Source: Paraspadella gotoi
Lineage: Eukaryota; Animalia; Chaetognatha
DNA length: 64,000 bases
Assembly (NCBI GenBank): GCA_051294375.1
Contig: CM119267.1
Location: 15,664,105 to 15,728,104 of the forward strand
Reading direction: 5' to 3'
The notes below the pieces were generated by a model. It ran no database searches, was not told the origin of the DNA, and worked only from the letters and a program-made list of their open reading frames with translations. The translations under genes and the position numbers were made by a program. This document shows positions 60,729-64,000 of the stretch, piece by piece. How positions within the stretch are numbered: position 1 is the first letter of the stretch; every line of letters begins with the position of its first letter.

Positions 60729-63700
60729 TTAAAATCCCGGCGGCGGCGGATGAGGTCCCGGATTCGAAAAGTGTGGGTTAAACGGGAGTCGAATCCCGAC
60801 ACCGGGCAGGGAGCTTTCGTTGAGCAGAGGACGCGGCCCGATCGCCATATGCCCTGCGTTCCCCGCTGGGGGTTCTTCAACACGGCGTACCGCAGAAGTA
60901 ACGTTACCACTCTCCCTCAGATCCAGGGTAGCGGAATCCCGCTCTGACAAAACCGTGCTCTTCAGAGCGGACTTGACGTCGTCGGTAAGCGAGAGTTGCG
61001 CTTGTCGCGGGCGAGTTGAGTCGGAGACGACAGACTCCTGCCCGGAAACGATCGTGTGACGTAAGACGGAAGCGTTGGCCTCTGGTTCGGGAGGTGGCTG
61101 ATGGCCCGTCGGGCGTTGTAAACCGCGGCCGGAGGCTGGCTGCTGGAAAGACGGGAAAGACTGTGATTGGCCCATCGGGGTCGCGAATGGCAATTCTGCG
61201 GAAGAGGCAGCAGAGAGCGGATCGGTGCTTAATGGGAGGAACAAGTTTCCGAGACCAAAAGCGTCCTCAGCGTGACCGGTGGGCGCTCGGGGAGAAAAGC
61301 TTCGTATGTGCATGAGATCTTCTCTGGAATAGCGACGACGATCGTCGGCGACGGCTTGGTACATTTCGGGAGTCCACGACCGATTTTCCGGAAGCGGCGA
61401 CCAGATGCTTGAGAGAGGGTTGACGCCGTGCAGCGACGGTAGGGTTGGCGCGTTCATCATCGTGGAATTTTTTGGGGGAGCCCAAGGTGGATCGAAGGCG
61501 GCATGTTGTCCCCCTTCAGCAGGCGTATGACTTTTGGGCAAGGGATTTATTTTGGAAGCGAGAATTTCCCTGACAGACATTTCAGAAGGATCCAGACCGA
61601 CGGCGGCGCCGGTATCCATAGTCACTTCGTCCAAAGAGCGGAAAGTGTGAGCCGCGGACGAAGTAGCTCGGCGATACTGAGGCGGTTGCGGCAGTTGCGG
61701 CGGTTGCGGATCTTTTCCCCGGAAAGACGAAGGGACGCTAAAATCCAGAGACGCGTCGACGTGCACGTTGGGCGGAGCCAGTAGTGGCGCATCAAACATA
61801 GTCTCACGCGTCTGCATCGCGTAATTTGAGGAAAGGCTACCGATGTGGGAGATGTGCTGCGCTAACGACTTTCGCGGGCTCTTTGAGGGAGAACTCAAAG
61901 AAGGCGGAGAGATAAAATCTTGGACGGCAGAGGAGCTCGAGATCCGACCGCGGGGCGACGGGGTGGTTTTCACGCTCCCGGGAATACTTCCAAGACTGAC
62001 TGGACTGCCCCCGGCCATTGCGAACAATTCCTTCATGTCTAAAGATTGTCCCAATCGTAGACTAGACGGTGAGGTAGCATCGACTAAGGATTCTGAACGT
62101 GGAACGGGCTTTGAATCGGGAGAAGAACCATGGACATATAATTTTGAAGGTAAAATATTAACAGTTCGCGGTCCCAATTGAGCGTCTCCAAGAAGGGGGG
62201 CGGGGTTTTTTAGAGGACCAATAGCGTTAAGAGAAAAAATTTGGCGAGAGTCGCCAATGTGAGGGGTCACTTGTACAGGAACTTGAGCTTGAGGCGGGGT
62301 CACTTTTCTCTGAGTCCGTCCGTCTGGTAAAGAAATTCTGCGTTTGACATCGCCGTCAGTCTCGCTAAGATGGCGATTTTGATCCTTATTGTTCGTGCGG
62401 GCGCTTTGATCATTACCGGTCCCTGATTCATTGCCACTCGATTTTCGCCGTCGCATCTCCCTCTCGGCCCTCTTTTCCTTGTTTGCCTTATCAACCGGAC
62501 AATCGCGAACATAATGTCCGATCTTTCCGCAAATATGGCATCCCCTGTCCGTCGGTGGCTTTCCTTCCGTTAATCTCTTCGGGTCGAAAAAATAATCAGA
62601 AAAACTCGCACATTCCGCCGGCAGCTTGGCTATAGGAGTGCCGAATAGAGAGCGGCCCTTGATAAAAGCCTTCAAGATAAAGCTGTTCATTTTTCTAGAT
62701 AGCCCTCCGCCCAGGTTGTGGCTCAGCTCGAATGGATCTTCGATGGCGATGCACACTCCCGTCCACATCTTTTCAAGACGTGAGAGGGGTGCTAATTGGC
62801 GAATGGTGACCACACGATCTTTTATCCGAAAGTCTTCCGTGTAAAATCGCAGCAAACCTAACCATAGTTGACCAACTGTTTCCTGATTTTTACCCCATTC
62901 AGGCCAAAACTTTTTAACATCTTCGCGCGTTCCCTGAAAATACCAAGCGTTCCAACCGTCGACAATCGTCTCCTTTTTTATACCATTTTCGTCCAGATGA
63001 TCGATTTCTTGGAGACAAGGAATAACGGGGGGAGAACGCTGCTGCAAAAAATACAACACGAGTATGACGTAAGCATAAGAAGACAGGCTTCCTTTAGAAG
63101 CGTCGCCTATATGACACAACTTTGCAAACACTTTCATAACGTAACCAAGAATTTTTACGCGTGGGTCGAAATCTGCATAAAACGCCAGCATGCGAGTGTT
63201 GTGTATGGCCAACGTGTTGTACAATGAAATGTCGCCATCAATACGTGGAGCCCCCTTTTCACGACCTTTAACGTGGGTGAATTTCACGATGGGAACCTTG
63301 GCTGTGACAATGGCAAAGACGTTAACGATACTGGGATGTGGTCGTAGTTTTTTGGCTAAATGTTCAATGAGTTCCCGGAGGTCGTCGTCGGTTAACCCTT
63401 TTACCTCACCATCTCCCAAAGTCATACAGATGTCCATGTCGGATTTTCGAAAACCGAATCCGTTAACCGATGACCCAAAAAGCACCAGTTTTGCGTCTTT
63501 AAAATCTTCTCTGATAAAAGTTTCCAGTTCGCTTAAAATGGTGGTTCGAAGCTGAACCTCACTATCTTTGGGTGCAAATTCTGTGGGTACTCGCTCGCAG
63601 AGGGAGTCTAAGAGATCGCGGTGCTGCGCAGTAAGAAGGGGTAGCGTAACCAAATCCGGCAATTCATCGTCTGGACAACAGTCCTTAAAATGCCCGTCTT

Positions 63701-64000
63701 TCAAACAAAGCGAGCAAACTACGGGTGGGCCTTTTCGATCGCCCAGAGTTTCTTTGTCAAAAAAGTATTCCAGAGCCGAGGACTCGAGATCTTCATCACT
63801 AGTATGCGGCTCAAGCAACAATGTCCTCAATTCCCGGCATCGATCGCAGACTGGTTCGTGAAGTTGACGAAGAAAGAATTCGTCAGGATGTTTTGAGACG
63901 GCATTACTTTCTAGTTTCAATTTGTCTTCGAAAAGCGGTTTTAAAGGTTCAAGAGACTGAATTGTGTTTTCTTCCTCTGCGTGCTCACTGCTGTTCTCCT
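60729..64000 (-). CDS. Terminal uridylyltransferase 4/7 (ZCCHC11/ZCCHC6-like), 3' portion; the frame stays open to the window edge
   Basis: CCHC knuckles (CSLCLKDGHFKDCC; CHICGKIGHYVRDC); nucleotidyltransferase LFGSSVNGFGFRKSDMDICM; DISLYNTLA; GDASKGSLSSYAY; PAP-associated IAIEDPFELSHNLG. Confidence 0.93.
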   Translation of the reverse strand, partial: ENSSEHAEEENTIQSLEPLKPLFEDKLKLESNAVSKHPDEFFLRQLHEPVCDRCRELRTLLLEPHTSDEDLESSALEYFFDKETLGDRKGPPVVCSLCLKDGHFKDCCPDDELPDLVTLPLLTAQHRDLLDSLCERVPTEFAPKDSEVQLRTTILSELETFIREDFKDAKLVLFGSSVNGFGFRKSDMDICMTLGDGEVKGLTDDDLRELIEHLAKKLRPHPSIVNVFAIVTAKVPIVKFTHVKGREKGAPRIDGDISLYNTLAIHNTRMLAFYADFDPRVKILGYVMKVFAKLCHIGDASKGSLSSYAYVILVLYFLQQRSPPVIPCLQEIDHLDENGIKKETIVDGWNAWYFQGTREDVKKFWPEWGKNQETVGQLWLGLLRFYTEDFRIKDRVVTIRQLAPLSRLEKMWTGVCIAIEDPFELSHNLGGGLSRKMNSFILKAFIKGRSLFGTPIAKLPAECASFSDYFFDPKRLTEGKPPTDRGCHICGKIGHYVRDCPVDKANKEKRAEREMRRRKSSGNESGTGNDQSARTNNKDQNRHLSETDGDVKRRISLPDGRTQRKVTPPQAQVPVQVTPHIGDSRQIFSLNAIGPLKNPAPLLGDAQLGPRTVNILPSKLYVHGSSPDSKPVPRSESLVDATSPSSLRLGQSLDMKELFAMAGGSPVSLGSIPGSVKTTPSPRGRISSSSAVQDFISPPSLSSPSKSPRKSLAQHISHIGSLSSNYAMQTRETMFDAPLLAPPNVHVDASLDFSVPSSFRGKDPQPPQLPQPPQYRRATSSAAHTFRSLDEVTMDTGAAVGLDPSEMSVREILASKINPLPKSHTPAEGGQHAAFDPPWAPPKNSTMMNAPTLPSLHGVNPLSSIWSPLPENRSWTPEMYQAVADDRRRYSREDLMHIRSFSPRAPTGHAEDAFGLGNLFLPLSTDPLSAASSAELPFATPMGQSQSFPSFQQPASGRGLQRPTGHQPPPEPEANASVLRHTIVSGQESVVSDSTRPRQAQLSLTDDVKSALKSTVLSERDSATLDLRESGNVTSAVRRVEEPPAGNAGHMAIGPRPLLNESSLPGVGIRLPFNPHFSNPGPHPPPPGF

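Overview
Gene-dense window from a compact invertebrate (metazoan) genome with short spliceosomal introns. It holds 20 recognisable housekeeping genes, all on the minus strand. In transcription order they are TUT4/7-like (partial), NUDT13, ABCB8, CCT5, CDK8, KPTN, PUDP/HDHD1, EEPD1, SAE1, FAXC-like, BTB-C2H2 zinc finger, SZT2 (intronless, 11.3 kb), SCPx/SCP2, spartin, SCCPDH, OSTM1-like, ubiquitin-RPS27A, RPL37A, COQ4 and RBM12-like (partial). Stop-to-start spacers are mostly 77-515 bp and often carry a 3' splice-acceptor-like motif, suggesting a very large operon resolved by trans-splicing. The introns hold several small mobile elements. The most striking is a 655-bp non-coding LTR mini-retroelement (TRIM; PBS, PPT, 4-bp TSD, plus a solo LTR) whose LTRs each contain a tRNA-like Pol III module followed by a sequence that fits a P5-type twister ribozyme. 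This 'twister retrozyme' is predicted to excise a 421-nt circularisable RNA. An independent twister of the same architecture with compensatory base changes lies in a NUDT13 intron. Also present are a non-autonomous DIRS-like element with ITRs and ICR, a Penelope-type minimal hammerhead, tRNA-derived SINE-like elements, a foldback element containing a CCA-bearing tRNA-Gly copy, and Helentron/HINE-like and TIR elements. All calls were made by eye; exon boundaries and ribozyme activity are unverified.
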